From Clostridia bacterium (GTDB lineage Bacteria; Bacillota; Clostridia; CAKSNL01; HGM11501): a stretch of DNA of 32,010 nt. Of this stretch, positions 1 to 11,500 are shown in pieces. Below the pieces are notes generated by a model. The model saw nothing but the letters and a program-made list of their open reading frames with translations. It did not search any database and was not told the origin of the DNA. Both the position numbers and the translations under genes were made by a program. Each line of letters begins with the position of its first letter. The first letter of the stretch is position 1. The stretch covers positions 1 to 32,010 of the forward strand of contig JAZSAR010000216.1 in NCBI GenBank assembly GCA_045601965.1, in the 5' to 3' direction.

Positions 1-38
1 AAAGTAAACACAAGTGCGATAGCAAGTAGTTTTTTCAT
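1..38 (-). CDS. 5' end of a gene for a secreted or membrane protein; only the signal-peptide-like N-terminus is present and the gene runs off the left edge
   Basis: The reverse complement reads AAGGAGG-aaacaaat-ATG AAA AAA CTA CTT GCT ATC GCA CTT GTG TTT ACT (MKKLLAIALVFT). That is a strong RBS followed by a Lys-rich n-region and a hydrophobic core. It lies 18 nt downstream of the stop of the 57..923 gene, so the two are probably co-transcribed. Confidence 0.55.
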   Translation of the reverse strand, partial: MKKLLAIALVFT

Positions 39-56
39 ATTTGTTTCCTCCTTAAA

Positions 57-923
57 TTATTCTATTATATAAAGTCGACCAGAGCAGTCGCTGTATAAAA
101 GGTCGCCATTATAAAAATCTATCATTTCCGCTTCTTCCGATATTCCCTGAGTACGGAAGTCTATAAATTCAATCTGTTCTTTCTTTTTTACATCAATAAC
201 ACGAAGTGCAGGGAAATTTACATCATCCCCCGTAAAGCCTTCGACGGAGTAAATTTTGCCGTCATTAAAGCATCCGCCCTGGATAAAGCGGTGGCGCTCC
301 GTATCAAAATATTCTTTAATGTCTTCTTTTTTCAAGACAACCTTTTTTATACCGTATTTTTCGTCAATTTCGCCGTCCGTTATCTTTGGCATATCGAAAG
401 CAAAATATCTTGTTAAATTATCGCCGTCCTTCATGGTGTAGCCGTAATAAAGCTTTCGCTCTCTGTCAATTACAAAGTTCCCGTAGGGGCGTATGTCACT
501 TCCTGCGCCCGGTGATTTCCAGACTTCATCCTCTGCAAAATCAATTGTAATCATCTGAAGGAGAGTTGTTTTGAAGGTTTCACCGTCCCGCTCTAATCTA
601 TATACAAGGCTTGTGCCCTTAAGGGGATTTTCAGAGGCAGCATAGTTATTGTATATATTGGAGTAAAGCAGGGGGAATTCATCATCGGGCGAATAATATT
701 CGCAGCCGAAATTTACCGCATTGGAGTGAGGCACTATTTCCTCTGCCCTGTCAAGATAAAAAGATGCAATGGCAGTAAGCTCTTTCGGTATCTCTGCCGA
801 CTTGTCAACCTTTTTAAGATCATAAACACCGCAGTGTCCCCTGGAGTTAAAGCGGAAAAGAAGGTCAGAGAAGATGGCGCCGTCCTGATCGCCGCATATT
901 TTCGCAATATGCCTTATTTTCAT
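57..923 (-). CDS. hypothetical protein (288 aa), no signal peptide, family not recognised
   Basis: Long ORF ending in TAA at 57..59. I prefer the ATG at 921..923 (MKIRHIAK...) because AAGGAGG lies at 932..938, 8 nt upstream. The GTG start at 930..932 in the ORF track would overlap that RBS. Confidence 0.8.
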   Translation of the reverse strand: MKIRHIAKICGDQDGAIFSDLLFRFNSRGHCGVYDLKKVDKSAEIPKELTAIASFYLDRAEEIVPHSNAVNFGCEYYSPDDEFPLLYSNIYNNYAASENPLKGTSLVYRLERDGETFKTTLLQMITIDFAEDEVWKSPGAGSDIRPYGNFVIDRERKLYYGYTMKDGDNLTRYFAFDMPKITDGEIDEKYGIKKVVLKKEDIKEYFDTERHRFIQGGCFNDGKIYSVEGFTGDDVNFPALRVIDVKKKEQIEFIDFRTQGISEEAEMIDFYNGDLLYSDCSGRLYIIE

Positions 924-943
924 AAAAAACACCTCCTTATTAT

Positions 944-972
944 ATTATAAAGGATAACAAAGCCTTTTTCAA
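944..972 (-). promoter_or_regulatory. sigma-A-type promoter for the 57..923 gene
   Basis: On the minus strand: TTGAAA (967..972), a 17-nt spacer, then TATAAT (944..949), just upstream of the RBS. Confidence 0.55.
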
Positions 973-1076
973 CAGTATTTTTTTGTCCAAAACCGATAAC
1001 TTTTTGTATAAAACGAACATATGCCGTATACAAAAACTTTTTCCTTCGGCGTATTTAATTTTATGCATATTTTTTA

Positions 1077-1105
1077 TTGAAAACAGCAAAAAAAAGTGTT
1101 ATACT
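1077..1105 (+). promoter_or_regulatory. sigma-A-type promoter for ddh
   Basis: TTGAAA (1077..1082), a 17-nt spacer, then TATACT (1100..1105). This leaves a ~30-nt leader before the ATG at 1138. Confidence 0.5.
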
Positions 1106-1137
1106 TGAAAAAAGCAAATAAGAAAGGGCTGATTTAT

Positions 1138-2121
1138 ATGACCATTAAAATAGGTATCGCAGGCTACGGCAACCTTGGCAGAGGCGTTGAGTGTGCCGTT
1201 ATGCAAAATCCCGATATGTCCCTTTACGGAGTTTTCTCAAGAAGAAATCCCGAAACGGTGAAAACTTTAACGGGTGCTCCCGTTTATTCTATGGACGACA
1301 TTTTATCCCATAAGGGTAAAATTGACGTTCTTATAATCTGCGGTGGAAGTGCAACAGACCTTCCGGAGCAGACCCCCTATCTTGCAAAGCACTTTAATGT
1401 AATTGACAGCTTTGACAACCACGCAAATATCCCCCGCCATTTTGCCAATGTTGATGCATCGGCAAAGGAAGGCTCTACCCTTTCAATGATTTCCGTCGGC
1501 TGGGACCCCGGTATGTTTTCCGTTAACCGCTTATATGCAGAAGCAATCCTTCCCGAAGGCAAGGATTATACCTTCTGGGGCAAGGGCGTAAGCCAGGGCC
1601 ATTCCGACGCGGTAAGAAGAATCGAGGGCGTCATTGATGCAAGACAGTACACAATCCCCGTCGAGAGTGCCTTAAACGGTGCAAGAAGCGGCGAAAATCC
1701 CGACCTTAGCACAAGAGACAAGCACGAGCGTGAGGTGTTTGTAGTGGCAGAAGAAGGTGCTGACAAGGTCAGAATCGAAAACGAAATCAAGACTATGCCC
1801 AACTACTTTGAACCCTATAACACCACCGTTCACTTTATCACTATGGATGAAATGAAGAAGAACCACGCATCCCTTCCCCACGGCGGATTTGTTATAAGAA
1901 GCGGAAAGACAGGGCTTTCAAAGGAAAATAATCAGATTATTGAATACAGCTTAAAGCTTGATTCCAACCCCGAATTTACCTCCTCCGTACTTGTTTGCTA
2001 TGCAAGAGCGGTGTACCGTATGAGAAACGAGGGTATGACGGGCTGTAAGACCGTTTTTGATGTAGCTCCTTCCTATCTTTCACCCAAGACGAGAGAAGAA
2101 ATTATTGCACATCTTCTGTAA
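1138..2121 (+). CDS. ddh: meso-diaminopimelate D-dehydrogenase
   Basis: The protein matches characterised Ddh along its full length by eye. Matching motifs include IGIAGYGNLGRGVE (Rossmann fold), GGSATDLPEQ, DNHANIPRHF, GWDPGMFSVNRLY and TFWGKGVSQGHSDAVRRI. I moved the start to the ATG at 1138 because the GTG at 1096 lies inside the predicted promoter spacer. Stop is TAA. Confidence 0.93.
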   Translation: MTIKIGIAGYGNLGRGVECAVMQNPDMSLYGVFSRRNPETVKTLTGAPVYSMDDILSHKGKIDVLIICGGSATDLPEQTPYLAKHFNVIDSFDNHANIPRHFANVDASAKEGSTLSMISVGWDPGMFSVNRLYAEAILPEGKDYTFWGKGVSQGHSDAVRRIEGVIDARQYTIPVESALNGARSGENPDLSTRDKHEREVFVVAEEGADKVRIENEIKTMPNYFEPYNTTVHFITMDEMKKNHASLPHGGFVIRSGKTGLSKENNQIIEYSLKLDSNPEFTSSVLVCYARAVYRMRNEGMTGCKTVFDVAPSYLSPKTREEIIAHLL

Positions 2122-2212
2122 TTAAGTATAGCAGTATCGCTTAAATTTGTCTTTGCACAAAATTAAAAAACAATAACACAAAATTAAAAAATTATATATA
2201 AAGGAGATAGCT

Positions 2213-2512
2213 ATGGTAAAGCACATTATCGTATGGACACTTAAAGAAATGTCCGATGAAGAAAAGATTAAGGTTAAAAAGGGCATTAAGGAAAACCTGG
2301 AAGCCCTTAAGGGAAAGATTCCCGGCTTACTTGAAATCACCGTTTACACAGAGGCGCTTTCCTCCTCCAACGCCGATCTTATTCTTGATTCAACCTTTCT
2401 TGATGAAGCATCCTTAAAGGGCTATGCAATTCATCCCGACCACGTTTATGTGGCAGATACCTTTGTCCGCCCCAATGTTCAGATAAGAAGCTGTATAGAC
2501 TACGAAATATAA
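2213..2512 (+). CDS. Dabb-family (stress-responsive A/B barrel) protein, 99 aa
   Basis: RBS AAGGAGA lies 6 nt upstream of the ATG. The layout MVKHIIVWTLKE...LEALKGKIPGLLEI...DSTF.D...L..Y..HPDHV is typical of the Dabb domain. No terminator separates it from ddh, so it may be co-transcribed. Confidence 0.85.
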   Translation: MVKHIIVWTLKEMSDEEKIKVKKGIKENLEALKGKIPGLLEITVYTEALSSSNADLILDSTFLDEASLKGYAIHPDHVYVADTFVRPNVQIRSCIDYEI

Positions 2513-2521
2513 AAATCACGC

Positions 2522-2553
2522 AAAAAAGTGGCTGCAACACAGCCACTTTTTTT
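2522..2553 (+). terminator. rho-independent terminator after the Dabb gene
   Basis: The stem GTGGCTG (2528..2534) pairs with CAGCCAC (2540..2546) and is followed by a run of seven T. Confidence 0.7.
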
Positions 2554-2561
2554 ATGCATAG

Positions 2562-2593
2562 AAAAAGTCCCCGAGTTTCCTCGGGGACTTTTT
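2562..2593 (-). terminator. rho-independent terminator of the giant minus-strand gene (palindromic, could act in both directions)
   Basis: An 8-bp GC-rich stem, GTCCCCGA (2567..2574) with TCGGGGAC (2581..2588), is flanked by A and T runs. It sits immediately after the TAA at 2596..2598. Confidence 0.75.
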
Positions 2594-2595
2594 AA

Positions 2596-5500
2596 TTATT
2601 TGAGATTCAAGAGTCTCTGAAGCATTGTAACTGCTTCTGCCTTTGTAGCGTTAGCCTTGGGACCGAATGTACCATCGGGATAACCGTTGATAATTCCCTT
2701 GTCAGCTGCCCAGTTAACCTGGTAGTTTGCATATGTTGCAATTTCTGCCTGGTCAGCAAAGCCTGCTTCCTTGGTAATTGTCCAATCTTGACCCATAAGT
2801 GTTGCATAACGGTAAATCATTGTAGCCATCTGCTCACGTGTGATGTTCTCATAAGGAGCAAAGGTGGTTTCTGATGTACCCTGTGTGATTCCGCTCTTAA
2901 CTGCCCAAGCTACTGCATTTGTGAACCAGTCGCCAACGTTAACGTCGGTGAAGTTGTGTGCACCGTCAGTAGTCTGACCGGACATTAAGTAGAGAATCTG
3001 ACAGAATTCAGCTCTTGTAATGCTCTTGTCGGGCTCAAACTTGCCGTCTGCTGTACCGTTTACAAGGTAAGCTACATACATTTCACCGATGGTCTTTTCA
3101 CCCCAGTGACCTGCGATGTCGGAAAGCTCGCTTGCGCTTCTTATTCTTCTGTAATAGGGATAAAGTGTTACGTTTTCAATTACACCGGTATTTGCATAAG
3201 GTACTGTAAATGCCTCGTCAAGATACCAGCCGATGAAGTCGTAGCCTTCCTTAGCTGCGGGATCTGCAACTACTGTGCCGGTTGCAGCCTTATGAGTGCC
3301 GATACCAACCAATGTGATTGTGTGCTGGTTAACATTTGTACCTGTTCCAACGCCGCCACCGATAAGACCTGTACCGCCGGAAGAAGAAGATCCACCGCCA
3401 CCGCCGCCGTAAGAAGGTCTCTTTGTGCCTTCGTCATCGTCGTCCTTTTCTTTACCTTCCCAAACAGCTGTGAATGTTACATCCTCTGCAGGCATTGTGT
3501 ACTTCTTACCTGCTGCGTAAATTTCTCCGTCAACAGAGCATCTCCAACCATCGAAGGTGCTGCCTGTAAGCTTAAGAGTATTATTAGCAAGAGTTACCTT
3601 TTCGCCTGCTGTATAAGAACCGCCTGCAGGAAGATTTCCTGTTGCACCGTTTACATCATCATATGTTACTGTGAATACGTCAACGCCTGCTGCAACTGCA
3701 AGGATTTCGATGTTGCCCTTAACGTTCTTAACAACGATTTCACCTGTAGCTGAATCGTAGGTGTAGTCCTGACCTTCCTTAAGTTCAGCACCGTCCATAA
3801 TAACGGTAATTTCTTCGGGAAGTGCTTCTCCCTCATTGGGAACAAGAGTGATTTCTGCGCTTTCACCGTAAGGTACCTTTGTTTCTTCGATTTCAGCTTC
3901 AATCTTCTTAAGGTCTGTTGTAATCTTAGCAGTACCTGCTTCGATTGCAGCAAATTCAACTGTTACTGTTGCATCGCCGAAGAGATCGTCGATTTCATAT
4001 TCCTGGGATGCAGAACCTGTGTAGGTAATGTCACCTGTAAGGAGATTTTCTGTTATAATCTTTTCGGTGAATACGATTTCGCCGATTGTGCAATGGCTCT
4101 TTGTTGCGCTTGCGAAGGTTGAGTAAATTTCAAACTTGATACCGTCGATATAGCCTACATCTGCAAGAGCTATCATATCGGTTATATCATTCTGATTTGT
4201 GTTGCCTTCTGCAAGAAGTACATCGTAGTTTGCGCCACCGTCTGTTGTACCCCAAACCTTATACTGCTTAACCTTCTGACCTGCATTGTAAGCTGAGCCG
4301 TCAGAGTTAAGTCTTCTTGTATGAGTCATTTCGGAAATCATCATAGGCTCATCGAATACGGCTGTAATCCAGTAAGGACCGTCGGAAAGCAGATGAGTGG
4401 GGTTGGGAGAACCGGTTGTCTTTGTTTCGTATTCGGAATGCCAATAGGTTTTGTCATTTCCGTCAAATGCTTTGGTTACGGGTTCCATTGCATTGGTTGC
4501 ATCGAATTCCCAATCCTTCTTGTCGGTAACGCGAACATACTTAACGTCATCTTCGCCCTTACCTTCAAGTGTCCAGCCAGCGGGCTCATAGCCTGCTGCG
4601 CCTTCAGCTACGAATACAAGGTTTTCGTGTCTTCCTACCATGGAGCCTGATGCAACTTCTTCTTCAACCTCTTCACCTGTTGCCATATCAGTGTATCTTA
4701 CAACAGCCTTGAGTGTTCCGTTTTCGCCTGCAGAATAGTTTACTTCATATTCTTCAGCTTCAGCAATTGTTACGGGAACGAGTATGTCCTTACCTACGGC
4801 AAAGCCTACGGAAAGAACTATTTCGTCACCTACATTGTAACCGCCGTCGATGAAGAAGTACTTGGAAATTGTGAAGGATTCTTCGTCGCAGAAGTAGTAA
4901 GCGGAATTTACGGGTACTAAAACGTCTTCTCCGTCTTCTTCTGTTACGATAGAGATTGTGCCGAGTGTGATGGAGTCATTCCATTCAACATTGAATGTAA
5001 GGTCTTCAAGTGTTGCCAGGCTGTATGTTGCTGCGCCGGGCTTGATGTCTGCTGCCTTAAGGTCTGCATATGCGCTGGAAGGCTCATAGAGACAGATTTC
5101 TTCAAGACCTATGGGCTGCCATGCACCGTTCTTGGTGGGATATACTCTTACATATCTTGCACTTACATTTGTGGGAACGCCGTCAACGATGAACTTCATA
5201 TCATCGAATGCGTTTCTGTTGTAGTTAAGGCTGTCAAGGTTTCCTGCACCGAAGGTCTGGATATCGGACTTAACCCAGTTAATACCGTCGTTGGAAACTG
5301 CCATATAACCTTCCTTGATGGTTGTGAAGTACTGTCTTACACCGCCGTCAGCCCAGATTCTGTGGTAGAGTCTTACACCGGAGAACTCGTGAGGAATCTT
5401 ATAGTCAACCTCGAAGTAACCGGGAGCATCGTTCCAGATTGCACTTGTGCCGCTGGGGCTGTAAATCATAAATGTATCGTCGTGCTTTAATGCTGTATGA

Positions 5501-8500
5501 GCCCAGTCGCTGTTGGTAAGTGCTGATCCGTCAGACTTGGTTGTTACCTTTCTGTTGGTGATTGTAGCGATATTACCGCTTGCAACACCGGAAACGATTC
5601 TTGCTTCGTGATCGAAGTGGTAAGGTGTTACTTCCTGGGGGAACATCTTCTTGGAGAAGTCCATATACTTAACAGTAACGGATCCAACCTTACCTGTGGA
5701 GGTTTCGATTGCAAGAACTACATCGCCTTCAGTTGTAATTGTATTAAGAGTAGCTGCCTTAATTACGATTGTATCTGTTTCAGCATCATACTCATACTGA
5801 GAAGCTGTAAGGGTTGTAGTGCCAAGAACAACCTTGGAGATTGTTGTATCACCGATATCCTCGATGGAAATTTCGATTTCCTCATCTGTTGCATTAATGT
5901 CCTTCTTGAATACTGTCTCGCCTGTTACAGCAAGAGTGGGCTTTAAGAAGTGAATTGTATCAGCAGTTGTATGAGTAATGTCTGCCATCTTGATTCTGAT
6001 ATAACGGCTGTTTGCATTTTCTGTAAACTTCATTGTGTAAGCACCGGGTGTGCCGGATGCCTTACCTGTGTAAAGAACAGTCCATGTTGCATAGTCGTCA
6101 GAACCGGATATTGTTACGTTACCCCAGTCAGCGCTGTTTGCACGGGATACATAACGGATACCGCCAACTTCTGTTATAGCAGTTCCCATATCGATGTCGA
6201 TATAGTGAACACCTGTGCCGGAAGGAGCGTCACCTAAACCATTTACAAATGTGGAGTGCCAGTTCTGTACATCCTTCTTGTTTACGGCTGCCTTGAAGAA
6301 TGTATTTGCCGCATGCTGGTTACCTGAATCCATACGTACAGCCCATTCGGGGTTTACTGCAACTTCGTCTGCAAGGAAGGTTGTTGTAACCTCGCCGTTT
6401 GTCTTTATCCAGTCGGAGAAAATGTTAACTGTATAAATCTTTTCAGAATCGTCCTCGAAGGTTACCTTAACTTTAAGTGCATACGAACCTTCAGCAGGAA
6501 GTTTTTCATAAGCAATCTTGTTGATTGCACGTCTGAATGCTGTTCTATTCATTACGATAGATGTTCCTGATGCTGTAAATTCAACAGATGAACCGTCAAC
6601 AATGGATACATCCTTTACATCAAGACCTGAACCGTTGTAAAGAGATACTTCGTAAGTACCATCAGCGCTGCTTGCCTTTGCAAGGTAATAATCAGACTGA
6701 GAAAGGTCTTTTACGATAATCTTTGCTTCTACAACTTCGCCGGAAGAGAAGGATACACTTGCAGTGTATTCGCCGATTGCAAGAGTGCCTAAGAAGTCAG
6801 CCTTAAAGGTGATTCCCTTTACGCCGTCAAGAACATAGTCTGTTCCTGCGGTAAGCTCTTCGCCTTCAACCTTAACGGATGTAATTTCATATACGTTGTC
6901 GGAATTGAACTTTCTTACAGCATCTTCAATGTCTTCAGAAAGGTCAACGTTGATGTCGCCGCCAACAATTCTTGTGGAAGCATCAAGGAATACGATTTCG
7001 TGAGTGAACATAAAGCTGTGTGAATTCATATTCTGATAACTGTCAACGTCAACTCTTGCATAACGGTAGTTTGCATTGTCCTGAAGGTCAACCTGTGCTG
7101 TCTTTGAGTTGTTGCCGGAAATGCTTCCGAGCTTAGTCCATGTAACAAGGTCATTTGAACCGTAGAGGCTTACATCTACCATATTATAGTTCTTATCTGT
7201 GATGCGTACGCCGGCAAACTTTGTTGCCTTGCCGAAGTCAACCCATGTTGAGTAGGGACCCATTGCACGGGCAAAGTGCTGTTCGCCCTTTTCTGCACCT
7301 GTTTCATCATAATATGTTGATGTCCAGGACTGGGAGTTTGTAGCATCGCCGTAGTTACCGTTGAACCAGTTTGCAGCTGCATGAGCAAGGGATGCACCGC
7401 CGTTTACTGTTACCTGCCAGTCTGTGGGTGTGATTCCGTCAGCATCTGCTGCTGCAAGAGCACCGTTTACTGCTTTCCAGGTATAGTTTGCATTAAGAAC
7501 GATTTCCTTGGTTGTGCCGTCGGAAAGAGATACTTCAACAACGTGCTTTCCGGGGCCGTTATTTGTGATTTCACGAACGAAGAAGCCGTTGAAGGTGTTT
7601 TCTGTTACTTCGTCACCTACTGCGATGCCGAGAGTAGCATTTGCTCTTCTGAACTTCATGTAGTTGCCGCCGTTTTCGTGGCTTGTGATACTGTTCTGAG
7701 TGGATGAGTAGAGCCACTTTCTGTGCTCTTCGCTCTTATAGTAGTTACCGCCGAGGGTAAGTGTGATTGTGCCGTCACCGTTTGTTACAGCCTTCCACTC
7801 GTCAGCAGTGTTTGTTACAGCCTCGCCGTTGTACTTTAAGCCTGTAACAGTTACATCGTTAGCCGCTGTGTAAAGCTTGTATTCAAGTGTTGCATAACCA
7901 AGCTTACCGCTTGCAGAATCGGTAGGATCAATGCTTCTTACAAGACCTGCTAAAGCAGCTTCTGCCTTTTCAAGGTCTGCAATATTGATTGTTGCCTTAT
8001 CTGTATCAGAAAGAGATTCGTAAATTTCACGAAGCTCTGCTACTGCTTCAGCATCGTCAGCTGTTACTTCGGAAGCGGGAAGCTCTGCAATCATATCGTT
8101 GAGCTCAGCTCCTGCGAGTGCAAGCCAAGCAGCTTCTGCAGCCGTTAATACTTCATAGTTTTCTACTGCTGCCTGAACAGCGGGGCTTAATGCATCGTAT
8201 GCCTTACGAGCAGCATCGATTGCAGTTTTGCTTTCCATTATGATGGGTGTGCCGATTGCATTAATTAAGGTTTCAACAGCTTCAGCCTGAGCTGCAAGTG
8301 CTGTTGTGATTTCAGAAGGAGTCTTTGTTTCAACGCCTGCTGCGGGATTAAGAAGTCTTACTTCTTCAAGTGCCCAGTGAGCATCGAGACCTGTAGCTGT
8401 TGCATGAGATAATGTACACTCAACCTTAATATAACGTGCCTTTACGTTATATGCTGTTCCACCGAACTTAATTTCAGGAATTGCAGCTATAACAGCATTT

Positions 8501-11500
8501 GTTGCTGTAGATTTATCTGCAGAAATCCAGTTTTCTCCGTCTTCAGAAACGTAAATGTAACCTTCCTTGAAGTTCTGGTTTCCGTTTACTCTCTGATAGA
8601 GACGGATTCCTGCGAATTCATAAACCTTACCAAGGTCATACTTAAGATATACAGTATCGCCGTTTGCTCCGCCGATGCAGAAGTCGTGGTGAAGCTGTCT
8701 TGAAGAAACACCGCCGCCGGGAGCACCGAGGCTTATGAACTCATCACGGGTGATATAGTCACCGTCCATAATTATGCCGCCGCGGTCTGTTCCGTGCTTA
8801 ACTGTATCAGCCGCGCCTGCCTTAGTAACATAAGTTGCGGCAGTACCCATGGGATAGCTCATAGAAACTTCGTCATTGGGGAAGGTAACCTTGGGAGCAA
8901 CGGGCTTTAATACCTGAAGCTCTGTAATGTTTGTATAGGATGTATTTCCGTCAATGCCGGAAACAACGATAAACTTAATACCCTTGAATTTGTTGTTTCT
9001 TCCCTGTGCGAGATAAGCTTCCTTATGTTCTTCCTTGGTTGCGGATGTGAAGCCAAGCTTTGTATCGCCAAGAATGTCAACCCAGGTGGTTCCGTCGTAA
9101 GTACCCTGCATCTTTATAGTGTTTGCAGAAGCACCGCCCTGTACTGTTCTGGGGAATACTCTTACGCCGCCAACTTCCATTTCCTTATCAAAGATAATGG
9201 TAACGGACTTGTCGCCGTCAACTGCTGAATGCCAGCAGTTACCCATATCACCGTAAACTGTGCCGTCGTAAAGCTTTGTTACATTGTGAGTTGCACTGAA
9301 CTGGCTTCCTGCGGTCCATGTCCAGTCTGTGGGATTTTTGTAGTAGTCATCAAGTGAATCCAAAGCGCTCTTTGTCGCTTCCTTAAATTCAGCAACGGTA
9401 AGAGCCTCCTTGCCCGCAACGGGATCGATAAGTCTTAATTCGGATACGGACCAGTGCTGATTTGAATCTGCTCCGCCTGTCTGAACTGCTTCAAGCTTGA
9501 TATAACGTGCTTTGATGTTTTCGTTTACGCCCTTTGCAAGAGCCTTTGCATCGAAGAATAAGTCTGTGCCGGCACCTTCTGAAAGCTCAGCCTGTACCCA
9601 GTCAGTTCCGTTGTCGGATACATAGATATAACCCTTTGTAACGGACTGTGAGCTCCATACATTACCTTCAGCATTCTTTCTTGCGTATGCTCTGATACCG
9701 GAGAAGGTCTGCTCTGCACCAAGGTCAATGGTGAGCCATGCAGACTTTGAATCTGCAGGATAAATTGCATTGTTTATTTCAGCATGGTTGTTTGCTTCGG
9801 GAAGGATATTGTCTGTAAGAAGACCAAGGTTTGCCATAGTCTTTCCTGCTGTGGAGCCGCTCTCAATCTTCCATACGGGATAGGTTGTAAAGTCATCATC
9901 TTCGAAGGGTGATGTGTATTCTTCGGGCTTTAATATCTGAAGCTCAACAATGTTGGTGTGAGCGGTTGTGCTTCCGCTTAAGTTCTTTTCAACAACGTAG
10001 CGGATACCCTTGAACTTATTGTTAAGCTCGCCGCTTAAGAGGTTTGTGCCCTGCCATACACCGTCGTCTGTTGTAGCGTCATCATCTGTGCCGCCCTTAA
10101 GGCCTGTGCTTAAATCGTCAGCAGCAACGAACCAGTTTTCACCGTCATAGGTTGCTTCAATTCTTACAACGCCGGGGTTACCGCCGTACTGACGGACATT
10201 GTTTGTGGAGTCGTGACGACCGTAAACTCTGAATCCGCCAACATCAATTGCGGTTTTGAACATTACTGTAATTGTTCTCTGTGCTTCTGTAACGGGGCTT
10301 GTTGCAGAAGAATGCCAGTAGCTGCCGTTATCGTCCGCACCAATTGTTCCGTCAGCCTTAACGTTGTCTGTAACACCGTCAAATGCATCTGTAACGGGAG
10401 AACCTGCGTTCCATTCGGAGCCTGCTACCATAGAATCGAAGTACTTGGAAGGATCGTAATAATCAAGAGAATCTTCGGGAATGGTAGTCCCTTCAGCCTT
10501 TTCCTTGAAGCCTGTAACTGTTACTGTGTCAAGAGAGTCATCTTCCTTCACAAGTAAAAGCTCCTGAATAGACCAGTGTGCGCCGTTTGTCTTGCTTATT
10601 TCTACCTTTATATAACGCGCAGTTACGTTGTAAGCTGTTTCCTTTGCCTTTAAGGGAGATTCTGTATATACATCATTTGTAGATGCATACTTTGCCATTG
10701 CTGCAGAGTTATTGGGAACTCCGACAGATTCATCAAAGGTCTTACTTGTTGAAGCCCATGTATCAGCATGTTCTTCTGCTGCTGCCCAATCTGTTCCGTT
10801 ATCGGAAACGTAAATTGTTACGTTCTTCACGGACTGGTTGGGCTGTCCCCATCTGCCGAAGATTCGTACGCCGGAGAAGGTGTATGCCTTACCAAGGTCA
10901 ATTTCCATCCATGCCTTGTCGCCTTCTTCTTTAAATACATTGTCCATCTCAACGTGGGGATCGCTGTTTGCAGCACCTGTGTAGGGATTATAATAGCCTT
11001 CAGCTTCGTTTACGAACTGATAGATAGTCTTATCAAAGAGACCGCCGAGAGGTCCGCCTGTTACACCCTGAGTGGAGTTTCTTGCAACAACTGCGGGAGT
11101 TGTATCAAACCAGATAACATCATCAGCAAAAGCATAACCCTTCTTGGGCTTTAATACCTGAAGCTCACAGAAGCAGGTGTGTTTGTCTGTTGCATTGGAT
11201 ATGTTTTTATCAACCTGGAACTTAACAGCCTTGTATGCAACGCCTGTCTGAACTAAAAGTTCAACGCTCTGTTCTGTAGTGCTGTATGTGATTTCAGTGC
11301 TGGGAAGAATTTCTTTAAATGTTGTTCCGTCAGTAGATGCTAAAACAGTTACCATTTTGGGATTTCCGCCCTTGTTATCAAAACGGGGGAATATTCTGAA
11401 GCCGCCGATTTTCTGCGCTTCGGTAAATGTAACTGTAACAGTTCTGTTTTCTGCTGTTGCACCCGCTGTGGGACTTGTATGCCAGTATGCACCGTCATCA

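Noticed and set aside
1096-1137. GTG start extending ddh by 14 codons.
   Set aside because: The GTG lies inside the spacer of the predicted TTGAAA-17-TATACT promoter. Characterised Ddh proteins begin at the MT.I..AI.GYGNLG segment, which matches the ATG at 1138.
933-1137. Possible lysine riboswitch (L-box) upstream of ddh.
   Set aside because: The predicted promoter leaves only a ~30-nt leader. The remaining intergenic DNA is taken up by the divergent promoter, and I saw no extended conserved helices.
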